From Desulfocapsa sulfexigens DSM 10523 (GTDB taxonomy: Bacteria > Desulfobacterota > Desulfobulbia > Desulfobulbales > Desulfocapsaceae): a stretch of DNA of 32,000 bases. The stretch is taken from NCBI RefSeq assembly GCF_000341395.1, contig NC_020304.1, forward strand, positions 990,001-1,022,000. The letters run 5' to 3'. Shown here piece by piece: positions 18,875 to 28,296 of this stretch. Under the pieces are notes generated by a model. That model saw only the letters and a list, made by a program, of their open reading frames with translations. It did not search any database and was not told where the DNA came from. The position numbers and the translations under genes were made by a program. How positions within the stretch are numbered: position 1 is the first letter of the stretch; every line of letters starts with the position of its first letter.

Positions 18875-20248
18875 ATGCTTAATAGCAGTTTTGTGCAAAC
18901 AGTGGTGCCTCTGACCATGACTATTGCTCTTCTAACCTTCTCCTCTCCTTCCCTGGCACAGGAGAGTTTAGACGCAATAATGGACGTATTTGACAGTTCC
19001 CCCGTACCCGCAGAACAGTTCACTACCGAAATTCCGGAAGTACGCCCTTATCGCATCTCTGGATTTATCGATCTGGATATAGCCTGGGCCCTTTGGAGTC
19101 ACACATCCTCATCAAGCGACTATGATTATCAGGGGCTTGCCGTTCTCAGGCCACTCCTTTCACTGGATTTAAGCTATACACTCCCCAATGGCTGGCAGGC
19201 CAAAATGGGAGGGCACGGCTTTTACGATTTCAGTTATGCTGTTCAAGGCCGCAATCAGTTCACTGATCAGGTTTTAAAAAAATATGAAAATGAACTTAAC
19301 CTGGATGAAGTCTACCTGGAAGGGGCGCTTGGAAAAACAACCTTCAAACTTGGGCGGCAGATTGTTGTCTGGGGTGAATCGGATATTTTCCGACCTCTGG
19401 ATATTACTAACCCCGTGGATATCCGTGACCCTGTCTTTTCCGACATCAGCGGACTGCGTCTGCCGGTCTGGATGAGTCGAGCTGACTGGCAAGACAAAGG
19501 TGGATGGAGTTTTTCCGCCCTGGCGATTCACGAAAACAGGGCTGATGAAATCCCGGTATATGGAAACGATTTCTATCCTTTTGACTTTCCTCTTCCCCCA
19601 AGGGAGGAGAGTGGTCTTCGTCTGGAAGATACCGGCGTTGGAATAACAGCAAAACACTCCTTCCAAAACTGGGATGCATCTCTCTATCTCGCCTCTATTA
19701 CCCAGGAACAGGATCTTGTCGGCATCACCGCCGACGTGACAGTTCGTCCCCTCAACCGGATACAGATACTGGGAACATCGGCCAATCTGGCAGCAGGAAA
19801 CTGGCTCTACAAGGCCGATCTGATGTTTTCAAACGGCCATCAATACTATCAGCTTCCCGATGAAAGAAAGGACAGAATAGACTTTACCGGAGGATTTGAC
19901 TACTCGGGATTTGAAAACAGTTACCTCACCTTTGAAGTTGCCTACCGGCATCTTCTGGACATGAACCCGGAATTCGATGATACCCTCGATTACCCCAAAC
20001 GCAATGTAGTCGCCTTCGGATTACGTTACCACCGGAGCTTTTTCCGTGAAAAACTCGCAACCTCTGCCTTAATTCAGCTCTACGGTTTTAACCAGGGAGG
20101 TCTGCAGCAACTGTCATGCTCTTTCTCTCCCTGGGACAACAGTCGGATCACTGCAGGAATAATGGCATTTCAGGATGGTGATAATTATATTTTTGAGCAA
20201 ATTGGCAAAAATGACCGTCTCTTTCTCAAATATCACTATGCTTTTTAA
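18875..20248 (+). CDS. DUF1302-family outer-membrane protein (ORF track start at 18695 is upstream of the likely start)
   Basis: Signal peptide MLNSSFVQTVVPLTMTIALLTFSSPSLAQ; KLGRQIVVWGESDIFRPLDITNPVD motif; beta-barrel-like alternating sequence ending in an aromatic residue (HYAF). ATG at 18875 is in frame and 5 nt after the previous stop codon. Confidence 0.75.
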   Translation: MLNSSFVQTVVPLTMTIALLTFSSPSLAQESLDAIMDVFDSSPVPAEQFTTEIPEVRPYRISGFIDLDIAWALWSHTSSSSDYDYQGLAVLRPLLSLDLSYTLPNGWQAKMGGHGFYDFSYAVQGRNQFTDQVLKKYENELNLDEVYLEGALGKTTFKLGRQIVVWGESDIFRPLDITNPVDIRDPVFSDISGLRLPVWMSRADWQDKGGWSFSALAIHENRADEIPVYGNDFYPFDFPLPPREESGLRLEDTGVGITAKHSFQNWDASLYLASITQEQDLVGITADVTVRPLNRIQILGTSANLAAGNWLYKADLMFSNGHQYYQLPDERKDRIDFTGGFDYSGFENSYLTFEVAYRHLLDMNPEFDDTLDYPKRNVVAFGLRYHRSFFREKLATSALIQLYGFNQGGLQQLSCSFSPWDNSRITAGIMAFQDGDNYIFEQIGKNDRLFLKYHYAF

Positions 20249-20438
20249 ACCTTTCATCTTGCCTCCCAAATCCTTCACCTCACTCTACAATCATCGAACT
20301 GTTCAATCATTAAAAAAGGGGAGCAGAGTTCCAGAATTACCACGATCCACTCTTTGGATAATGATGCAGAATTTACAAAAGAATGGTATCAAGGATAACA
20401 CACCATAAACAGAGAACAAAACTACACAGTTAAAGATC

Positions 20439-22085
20439 ATGTCAAAATATATTATTGGAATAGATACCGGTGGCACCTACACCGATGCAGTGCTTCTTGA
20501 TATAGTAAACAAAAATGTACTGGCCACTGCCAAAGAACCCACGACCCATCACCGCCTCTCTCTCTCCACCGGTAAAGCATTGAAAAGTCTTCTTCAGCAT
20601 TCCGGTGTGAACAAGAGTGATATATCCCGGCTGGCCCTTTCAACAACTCTTGCCACCAATGCCGTCATAGAGCAGAAAGGTGCCCGTGTTGCTGCCTTTG
20701 TTATCGGATATGTCAAACATTTCAAGCTCCCCATCACCGCCACCATATTTGTCAAAGGCGGGCATACCATAAGCGGTCAGGAAGAGGAAACACTCGATAT
20801 CGACAATATCGTTGACACCATTCAAGGAATACGCAATGAAGTTGATGCCTATGCCGTCTGCTCTGCCATGTCCATGACCAACCCCAGCCATGAACTGGTG
20901 ACGGAAAAAGCCATTTCCATGCTCGACCCCAAGCCGGTCTTTTGTTCCCATACCGTGAGCCAGCACACCGGCATGCGGGAACGGGCAGCCACCGCAGCAC
21001 TCCACGCCAAACTGATGCCGCTCATGGAGGATTTTGTTGCCGGAGTCCAGGAGGCCATGATTGCAAATGAACTTGACTGCCCCGTTGTTCTGATCACCGG
21101 GAACGGAAGCCAGGTGTCCATAACAGATGCAGCTGAACAGGCAGGCATCACCGTGGCCAGTGGCCCAGCCTGTACTGCGGGTTTTGGTGCAGCTCAAAAC
21201 GTTGATCATGCACTCGTTGTTGATGTGGGTGGCACCACCACGGACATCGCCATGGTTGAAAATGGTAAAATGCTGATTTCAGCCGATGGCTGCAAAGTGG
21301 GTGAATGGCAAACCCACATGGAAGCTGTGGATATGTTCACAGGAGGAATCGGTGGAGACAGCCATGTAATCGTCGATACCAAAGGCAAAATCAGCCTTGG
21401 TCCATCCCGCGTTATTCCTCTGGCCATGGCTGCTGGTTTTCCCGGCTGTAAAAACTGGCTGGGGCCTGATCTGAAATCCAAGTGTATTATGCTGCTACCC
21501 GAATTTGAAGATAACCAAAAAGATGATCCCATTATTTACGCCCTTGGTGCAGGACCCGCCACCGCTGCATCCATTCAGGAAAGAACCGGCTTTTCCGGGA
21601 TTCCACTCAATAAACGACTGGAGCAGCTCTCCAGAAACCAGATCATTCTTGAAACCGGATTCACACCAACCGATGCTCTGCATGTACTTGGAAAGATAGA
21701 TATTGGTGTTAAATCAGAGGCGAAGGATGGAGCAGAAATCCTTGGCGCACTTCTCAATATGGATGCAAAAAGTTTCTCCAAAAAGATCATCTCCATGACT
21801 GAAGACCGAATCGAGAACCTTCTCATCGATTACATCATTCATCGGTACTGGGGAAAATCACTCACCAGCTTTATTTCCACCCGCAATGATCATCCAGTCC
21901 TTGGTGTCAAATTCAGCATGAAAATCCCTTTTATTGGCATTGGTGCTGCGGCACGATACTTCCTGCCCCGCGTTGCTAAAAGGCTTGGCACAACGGTGGA
22001 TTTCCCCGAATTCTGTGAAGTAGGAAATGGAGTTGGTGCCGCACTGCTTGGGAGCAATATATTACAACCATCACAAGATCAATAG
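20439..22085 (+). CDS. Hydantoinase/oxoprolinase family protein
   Basis: 548 aa; IIGIDTGGTYTDAVLLD, STTLATNAVIEQKG, VVDVGGTTTDIAMV, GIGGDS motifs. Confidence 0.9.
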   Translation: MSKYIIGIDTGGTYTDAVLLDIVNKNVLATAKEPTTHHRLSLSTGKALKSLLQHSGVNKSDISRLALSTTLATNAVIEQKGARVAAFVIGYVKHFKLPITATIFVKGGHTISGQEEETLDIDNIVDTIQGIRNEVDAYAVCSAMSMTNPSHELVTEKAISMLDPKPVFCSHTVSQHTGMRERAATAALHAKLMPLMEDFVAGVQEAMIANELDCPVVLITGNGSQVSITDAAEQAGITVASGPACTAGFGAAQNVDHALVVDVGGTTTDIAMVENGKMLISADGCKVGEWQTHMEAVDMFTGGIGGDSHVIVDTKGKISLGPSRVIPLAMAAGFPGCKNWLGPDLKSKCIMLLPEFEDNQKDDPIIYALGAGPATAASIQERTGFSGIPLNKRLEQLSRNQIILETGFTPTDALHVLGKIDIGVKSEAKDGAEILGALLNMDAKSFSKKIISMTEDRIENLLIDYIIHRYWGKSLTSFISTRNDHPVLGVKFSMKIPFIGIGAAARYFLPRVAKRLGTTVDFPEFCEVGNGVGAALLGSNILQPSQDQ

Positions 22086-22161
22086 TGATAATTTTTATTG
22101 ACTAATTCGCTTCCAATGGTATGCTCTTATTTAAGAATGAAACCTACTGGCAACATAAGAA

Positions 22162-22608
22162 ATGATGGAAGAAAAACTGAGCAAAAAACATCTAGAGCAG
22201 CTCAAGCAGCTCTGTAACGAAGCGGGAATCAAACTCACCCATCAACGGCTTGAGATTTTCTGTGAGTTGATAGCTCACCCTGGCCATCCATCTGCTGAGA
22301 TGATACATAAACGGATCCATAAAAAACTCCCTACTATAGCCATTGACACAGTTTACAGAACCCTGGCTACCTTTGATGAATTAGGATTGATTAAAAAGCT
22401 CCATGTCATGAATGAACGGACTCTGTTTGATACGAATCTTGATATTCACCATCATTTTATCTGCACCCGCTGCAAGAAGGTGAATGATATTTACTGGTCT
22501 GATTTTGACAACACTACACTTCCCGAAACTATAGAGAACATGGGTAAGGTGGAATCCCGTCATCTTGAGATTCATGGTATCTGTAATAGCTGTCTTGATA
22601 AGACGTAA
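22162..22608 (+). CDS. Fur-family transcriptional regulator (PerR-like)
   Basis: 148 aa; LTHQRLEIFCELIAHPGHPSAEMIHKRI, TVYRTLATFDELGLI, HHHFICTRCKKVNDI, CNSC. Confidence 0.9.
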   Translation: MMEEKLSKKHLEQLKQLCNEAGIKLTHQRLEIFCELIAHPGHPSAEMIHKRIHKKLPTIAIDTVYRTLATFDELGLIKKLHVMNERTLFDTNLDIHHHFICTRCKKVNDIYWSDFDNTTLPETIENMGKVESRHLEIHGICNSCLDKT

Positions 22609-22685
22609 CATATATTTTTTTGACCCGACAGCAAGATGCAATCTTATCAAAGATACCGTACCTACAAAAAATGAGGCCACACCTC

Positions 22686-22708
22686 AAAGCACCATCTTCT
22701 GGTGCTTT
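22686..22708 (+). terminator. Perfect stem-loop downstream of the fur-family gene; possible weak terminator
   Basis: AAAGCACCA-TCTTC-TGGTGCTTT, 9-bp perfect stem with a 5-nt loop, about 78 nt after the Fur stop codon. No long downstream U tract. Confidence 0.35.
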
Positions 22709-22933
22709 ACAACAAAATAATAAGGAAAAAGCAGAATATCGGAAAAAAAGAAATTCACAACTAATGATGGTGCTCCAGTCGGTGCATTCAAAGCTTCACC
22801 TTGAAGTTTTAGATGCACGCGGCCTGTTGTTTACTGAAAATCAGAAAGATTGATACATTTTTATTGAGTAACTCTTTCAAATGATGATAGCGTTACTCTA
22901 AACCACTCCAACTATTACAATGAGGACTGAACC

Positions 22934-23509
22934 ATGGCGTCTTTAAAAAACACCCAGACTGAAAAGAATATTGTAACTGCCTTTTGCGGCGAGTCGCAAG
23001 CTCGCAACCGCTATACCTATTTTGCGTCCAAGGCAAAAAAAGATGGGTTTGTCCAGATTTCCCACATCTTTGAAGAAACGGCCGATCAGGAAAAAGAACA
23101 CGCTAAACGGTTGTTCAAGCTTCTTGAAGGCGGGGAAGTAGAAATAACCGGCAGCTTTCCTGCGGGGAAAATCGGAAGCACCATCGACAATCTCAAGGAA
23201 TCAGCCGGTGGAGAAAATTATGAACACACTATCATGTATCCCGGGTTCGCAGCCACTGCCCGTGAAGAGGGTTTTCATGATATCGCACTGGTATTTGAAG
23301 CCATTGCCGTTGCAGAAAAGCAGCATGAAAAACGTTATCTGAAACTGATGAACAATATTACCAACGGTCGAGTCTTTCAGCGTGACAAGGATGTAAGCTG
23401 GAGATGCCGCAACTGCGGGTACCTCCACACGGGAAAAGAAGCTCCCGAGCTTTGCCCTGCCTGTGCTCATGGCCAGGCTCATTTCGAGCTTCTTGGTGAA
23501 AACTGGTAG
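22934..23509 (+). CDS. rbr: Rubrerythrin
   Basis: 191 aa; [40 protein letters not shown]-terminal rubredoxin-like [22 protein letters not shown]. Confidence 0.95.
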   Translation: MASLKNTQTEKNIVTAFCGESQARNRYTYFASKAKKDGFVQISHIFEETADQEKEHAKRLFKLLEGGEVEITGSFPAGKIGSTIDNLKESAGGENYEHTIMYPGFAATAREEGFHDIALVFEAIAVAEKQHEKRYLKLMNNITNGRVFQRDKDVSWRCRNCGYLHTGKEAPELCPACAHGQAHFELLGENW

Positions 23510-23567
23510 GTAGACCTTATGTGTAGCGAAATGCAGCTCATCTAACAATGCAACGAGGATTACAAAT

Positions 23568-24209
23568 ATGAAAAAATGGAAATGTTCAGTATGTGGCTAT
23601 ATCCATGAAGGTGATGAGCCACCGGAGAAATGTCCCCTCTGCGGAGCTGACAGGGAGAAGTTTGTGGAGATAAGCTCCTCTGAAGAGAGTATCGATGAGG
23701 CGGCTCAGATTGCCACGGAGAAAGAGCAGGTCCTTACGACAGCTCCCCCTCAGGAACAGCTGACTCTCTTTGAGAAGGTCTCAGACCTTCTCGTGAAGAA
23801 TCACCTCCACCCTATCAGTGTGCACACTCCAAACGGAATCATCCCCGTGGCCGTTCTTCTTCTGGTCCTGGGTATGTTAGCCAGCTCCCAGGGTCTTGCT
23901 AATGCAGCCTATTATAACATGATAGCTGTGCTTTTGAGTATGCCCCTGGTAATATTCACAGGCTATGTCACCTGGCAGAAAAAATATAAGGGGGCAAAGA
24001 CATCTGTTTTTAAAATCAAGATTGCAGCAAGCGTTGTCGCCACCGTTATTCTGTTTGGTCTTGTTATCTGGAAAACAATAGAGCCGGATGTTCTTATTAC
24101 CCCATCCCTGGACCGTTGGCTCTTTCTGATCTGGTCAAGTTTTATGCTTGCAGCCGTTGGTCTTGCCGGACACCTCGGTGGACAGCTTGTCTTTGCCGGC
24201 AAAAGATAA
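23568..24209 (+). CDS. Rubredoxin-domain protein fused to a four-TM-like membrane domain (DUF2231-like)
   Basis: 213 aa; [29 protein letters not shown] at the N-terminus, then [24 protein letters not shown] and further hydrophobic segments. Confidence 0.8.
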   Translation: MKKWKCSVCGYIHEGDEPPEKCPLCGADREKFVEISSSEESIDEAAQIATEKEQVLTTAPPQEQLTLFEKVSDLLVKNHLHPISVHTPNGIIPVAVLLLVLGMLASSQGLANAAYYNMIAVLLSMPLVIFTGYVTWQKKYKGAKTSVFKIKIAASVVATVILFGLVIWKTIEPDVLITPSLDRWLFLIWSSFMLAAVGLAGHLGGQLVFAGKR

Positions 24210-24307
24210 ATTCCTGTTGCTGCTACTCTCAGGTCACTGATACTCCCTCATTCATGGCAACATGAATGGGGGAACAGACCCGACATATACACCCCAAAGG
24301 ATGCCCG

Positions 24308-24848
24308 ATGGAAACTCTCCAGGACATCATGACAACCCCGGTTCTCACCATCACCCCGGACGCTTCCGTAAGCCACGCTCTTGGAATATTTACAGACCGG
24401 GCATTGATTCAGATCCGGCGGGTAGAATGATTGACTATGCCTGGTCCATGCACAAGGTCATGAGCAGTCCCCCCCCTCACCGCTTCCGTTGACATAGATT
24501 ACCGGAGGCATATCCAATATGAGGAGGATTCACGAACTCTCCGGATTGAATTCATGAAGATGCAAAAATCCTTGCAGGCCACCGGAAAACGCGTAGCGGC
24601 CATTTTTGAAGAGAGAGACGCAGCGCGGGAAAGGGAGGACCATCTAGCGGATTACTGCCAGGATCAACTGCATTAAACATATCCTGGCCAATATGAACTA
24701 TGAAGGAAAACTTCCAGCAAAAAAACTTATTTCAGATCCCAAAATTGTTGTTTCAGGAATTGATAAGCTGCGTCATATGGAAGAACATTTGATGTCTCCA
24801 AAAAAAACTGCATGGTTAGGGACCGACATCAGCCAAAACGACCGGTGA
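24308..24848 (+). pseudogene. Degenerate CBS-domain plus polyphosphate kinase 2 (PPK2)-like gene remnant
   Basis: METLQDIMTTPVLTITPDASVSHALGIFTDR (CBS-like); HKVMSSPP then LTASVDID after a 1-nt shift in a C8 run at 24469-24476; YEEDSRTLRIEFMKMQKSLQATGKRVAAIFEERDAA, 1-nt shift, GKGRTI, TAG, RITARINCIKHILANMNYEGKLP. This matches the PPK2 N-terminal/Walker region joined to a PPK2 C-terminal-like piece. Confidence 0.72.
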
Positions 24849-25728
24849 TATAATCCTCAGTCAGCCTGTGACGGGGATTGGTAAAAACTCTGTCAGTATT
24901 GCCGACCTCAATCAGATCACCAAGATGAAAATAGGCTGTCCGTTGGGAAACCCGGGCAGCCTGCTGCATATTATGGGTAACAATCACAATGGTGTATTGC
25001 TCCTGAAGCTCGGCAATAAGATCCTCAATCGTCGCAGTAGCTATTGGATCGAGTGCTGAACAGGGTTCATCCATAAGGATCACTTCGGGTCGTACGGCAA
25101 TGGCCCGTGCAATGCAGAGCCGCTGCTGCTGACCTCCGGAAAGGCCGGTTCCCGGCTGATCAAGCCTGTCACTCACCTCTTTCCACAACCCTGCTTTCTT
25201 CAAAGAACTCTCAACCACCTCGTCAAGTTCAACGCGTGTTGTTGCAAGACCATGAATCTTGGGACCATAGGCAACATTATCATAAATTGATTTCGGGAAG
25301 GGATTTGGTTTCTGGAAAACCATCCCCACCTGGGCACGCAGGGGAACCACATCCACCGCCTTGTCATAAATATCCAGTTCATCGAGAATTATTTTCCCCT
25401 CAACCCGGCAGCTGTCCACGGTATCGTTCATCCTGTTCAGACAACGAAGAAAAGTCGACTTGCCACAGCCGGAAGGGCCAATCATGGCAAGCACCTCATT
25501 ACGGCCGACATCAATGGAAACGTCACGGATGGCGTGCTTTTCACCATAATAGACATTGACGTCACGGCAGGTCATGCGCGCATCATCGACAAATTGCTGG
25601 CCGACGGTTGTTCGATTTTCCCGCTCAATCTTCTCCATTTCAGCAACACCTTCCTGAGCCATACTTTCAGCCCCTGAATAAGGGACATTGCCAATATTAA
25701 ACGCTGCACTCATTGCTTCCATATTCAT
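24829..25728 (-). CDS. pstB: Phosphate ABC transporter ATP-binding protein (ORF track extends to a TTG at 25746; ATG at 25728 more likely)
   Basis: Walker [43 protein letters not shown], PstB-type [10 protein letters not shown] and [10 protein letters not shown]. Confidence 0.95.
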   Translation of the reverse strand: MNMEAMSAAFNIGNVPYSGAESMAQEGVAEMEKIERENRTTVGQQFVDDARMTCRDVNVYYGEKHAIRDVSIDVGRNEVLAMIGPSGCGKSTFLRCLNRMNDTVDSCRVEGKIILDELDIYDKAVDVVPLRAQVGMVFQKPNPFPKSIYDNVAYGPKIHGLATTRVELDEVVESSLKKAGLWKEVSDRLDQPGTGLSGGQQQRLCIARAIAVRPEVILMDEPCSALDPIATATIEDLIAELQEQYTIVIVTHNMQQAARVSQRTAYFHLGDLIEVGNTDRVFTNPRHRLTEDYITGRFG

Positions 25729-25732
25729 CCCC

Positions 25733-25763
25733 AAACACCGGGGCAATTCTGCCCCGGCTGTTT
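25733..25763 (-). promoter_or_regulatory. Intercistronic stem-loop between pstS and pstB
   Basis: + strand AAACA-CCGGGGC-AATTCT-GCCCCGG-C-TGTTT: 7-bp GC stem extended by 5 bp across a one-base bulge, in the gap after the pstS stop. Confidence 0.55.
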
Positions 25764-25779
25764 ATCAAAAAAAACCTTC

Positions 25780-26838
25780 TTATTTGCTTAAAACAAGGTC
25801 TTTAGAAGATTTGATATCAGAAGCAAACTGCTTACGCTCATCTTCCGGCATTGGAATAAGCCCTTTATCAGCAAGATATCCTTCTTCCCCCCAGGCCTTG
25901 TCACTGGAGAACTCTCCAAGAAATTCAGCCATACCTGGAACAACACCCATATGAGATTTCTTCACATAGAAGTACAAAGGACGGGAGACCGCATAGTTAC
26001 CTGCTGCAATATTCTCGAAGGTCGGCTCTTCGCCATCAACAATGGAACCCTGAATTTTATCACCATTCTGATCAAGAAAACTGAATCCGAATATACCAAT
26101 TGCCTTGGGATTTGCTTCAAGTTTTTGTACGATCAGATTGTCATTTTCTCCAGCTTCCACATACCCACCATCTTCACGTACGGTGTGACAGACTGCCTTA
26201 TAGTGCTTTGAATCTGTTTTCTTCAGAGCCGCTATCCAGTCAATCTTCTTGCAACCGCCTTCCATGGCAAGCTCAACAAAGGCATCACGGGTACCGGATG
26301 TGGGAGGAGGACCCAGGACTTCGATTTTGGTGTCAGGCAGGGAAGCATTTACCTCTTTCCAGGTCATATAGGGGTTGGCAACCAGCGTTTCACCACCCTT
26401 TGGATCTGGAACATCTTTTGCGAGAGCAAGGAAAATATCCTTTTTACTGAGTTTCATCTGCTCTGCCGTTTTGGCGTTTGCCAACACAATTCCGTCATAG
26501 CCGATTTTCACTTCAATAATTTCTTTGACCCCATTCTGCTGACACTTCTCATACTCGGAAAACTTGATTCTCCGCGATGCATTGGTAATATCCGGAGTCT
26601 CGATACCGGAACCGGCGCAAAAAAGCTTCATACCTCCACCAGAACCGGTCGACTCGATTTTCGGGGTTTTAAATTTTGTGGTCTTCCCAAACTGCTCCGC
26701 TACGGTGGTGGAAAAGGGGTAGACCGTTGATGAACCAACGATTGAGATATAATCACGACCTGCAGCTGCCTGCACATTTGAGACAGCGGTAACAGCAAAC
26801 AGAGATGCTGCTGTAAAAATAATTCCTTTCTTCAACAT
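25780..26838 (-). CDS. pstS: Phosphate ABC transporter substrate-binding protein
   Basis: 352 aa; signal peptide then ISIVGSSTVYPFSTTVAEQF...ESTGSGGG...ITNASRRI. Confidence 0.92.
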   Translation of the reverse strand: MLKKGIIFTAASLFAVTAVSNVQAAAGRDYISIVGSSTVYPFSTTVAEQFGKTTKFKTPKIESTGSGGGMKLFCAGSGIETPDITNASRRIKFSEYEKCQQNGVKEIIEVKIGYDGIVLANAKTAEQMKLSKKDIFLALAKDVPDPKGGETLVANPYMTWKEVNASLPDTKIEVLGPPPTSGTRDAFVELAMEGGCKKIDWIAALKKTDSKHYKAVCHTVREDGGYVEAGENDNLIVQKLEANPKAIGIFGFSFLDQNGDKIQGSIVDGEEPTFENIAAGNYAVSRPLYFYVKKSHMGVVPGMAEFLGEFSSDKAWGEEGYLADKGLIPMPEDERKQFASDIKSSKDLVLSK

Positions 26839-26976
26839 TACTTTTCTCCTTTTGAAAAATATACGATTAACTACAAAATTTCATTCATATCCTCTTGTAT
26901 GACCTACAGGGCACCATATCCGCCAATTGTTAGGTTAGGATTACGATCCTATTAGAGGAGCATTACAACTCAACAA

Positions 26977-28251
26977 CTACCAGCGACGTTCGAATTTCTT
27001 TCGAAGGAAAACTGCCACTGCATTCATGGAAATAAGAAAGGCAAGCAGAACCATAATGGCAGCGGAAGTGCGCTCCACAAAGGCACGTTCCGGTGAGTCA
27101 GCCCAGAGATAAATCTGTACAGGAAGCACGGTGGAGGGATCGGTTACCGCCCCTGGTACGTCCACAATAAAGGCTACCATCCCAATCATCAGAAGGGGTG
27201 CGGTTTCCCCCAGTGCCTGGGCCATTCCTATGATAGTTCCGGTCATCATTCCAGGCAGGGCAAGGGGCAGGATATGGTGTGTTATGGCCTGCATCTTCGA
27301 GGCACCGACACCGAGTGCCGCCTCACGAATGGAAGGGGGAACCGATTTCAGGGAAGCCCTTGAAGCGATGATAATGGTGGGCAGGGTCATCAAAGTAAGA
27401 ACCAGACCACCAACCAGAGGAGCGGAGCGGGGCATTCCGAATACATTTAAAAATACCGCCAGCCCAAGCAGGCCAAAAACAATGGAGGGAACAGCGGCCA
27501 GATTGTTGATGTTCACCTCGATAAGATCTGTCCACCTGTTACGGGGAGCAAACTCTTCAAGATAGACAGCGGTGGCCACACCTATTGGAAAGGCAAGCAG
27601 CAGGGTGACTGCAAGTGTAAAAAAGGAGCCCACTGCAGCTCCTCGAATTCCGGCAAGTTCAGGCTCCCTGGAATCTCCTGCAGAAAAAAAAGTGGTATTA
27701 AACTTCTTCTCAAGACGTCCCCCAGCTACAAGCTGATCTATCCAGTACACCTGTTTATCATTGAGCCGCCGGTCACTTTCGGGAACATCCCGGGAAATAT
27801 AGCCCTTGAGAAACATATCCACTTCATCATCGGCGGGTAGCCAGACCTTCTGTGTGGAACCGATGATAGCAGTATCCTTCATCACCATTTTCTGCAGGAC
27901 ATAGGAGGCACCAGTACTTGCAAGTTTATGGAGATTTCGTGTATCACTACGGCCTTTCACATCGGGGAAAAGGCCTTTCATTGAATTTTTTACCAGCGCT
28001 CCATAATTTGCAGAGGAGAGATTGTCCACATCAAACTGCTCTGTATCAAAATGGATATCGAGAAGGATCTCGGCCTGCTGAAAAGCAGACCACCCGTTTG
28101 CTCCAATGGATACAAAAAGCAGCCCAAGAAAACTGATACTCGCAATAATCGCCCCAAGTCCAAAGAGCCGAAATCGCTTTTCCCGCCTATATCTTCTGGC
28201 AAGCCCGACATTGACCCTATCCATGGTGGATTCTTTTCTTTCTACCTGCAT
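26977..28251 (-). CDS. pstA: Phosphate ABC transporter permease
   Basis: 424 aa; FPIGVATAVYLEEFAP, NLAAVPSIVFGLLGLAVF, LGVGASKMQAITHHILPLALPGMMTGTIIGMAQALGETAPLL. Confidence 0.92.
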   Translation of the reverse strand: MQVERKESTMDRVNVGLARRYRREKRFRLFGLGAIIASISFLGLLFVSIGANGWSAFQQAEILLDIHFDTEQFDVDNLSSANYGALVKNSMKGLFPDVKGRSDTRNLHKLASTGASYVLQKMVMKDTAIIGSTQKVWLPADDEVDMFLKGYISRDVPESDRRLNDKQVYWIDQLVAGGRLEKKFNTTFFSAGDSREPELAGIRGAAVGSFFTLAVTLLLAFPIGVATAVYLEEFAPRNRWTDLIEVNINNLAAVPSIVFGLLGLAVFLNVFGMPRSAPLVGGLVLTLMTLPTIIIASRASLKSVPPSIREAALGVGASKMQAITHHILPLALPGMMTGTIIGMAQALGETAPLLMIGMVAFIVDVPGAVTDPSTVLPVQIYLWADSPERAFVERTSAAIMVLLAFLISMNAVAVFLRKKFERRW

Positions 28252-28296
28252 CTTTCTACTCCTTCCAAAGCCTTATCCAGAAACCCCTGGCATAGA

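Noticed and set aside
22620-22853. 77-aa ORF between the Fur-like gene and rubrerythrin.
   Set aside because: Contains a stem-loop, has no family signature and atypical composition; coding potential not supported.
25107-25559. 150-aa + strand ORF antisense to pstB, and similar long antisense ORFs over ilvA, the MFS gene, fabI and pyrF.
   Set aside because: These lie inside well-supported genes on the opposite strand and have no recognisable domains; they reflect codon composition.
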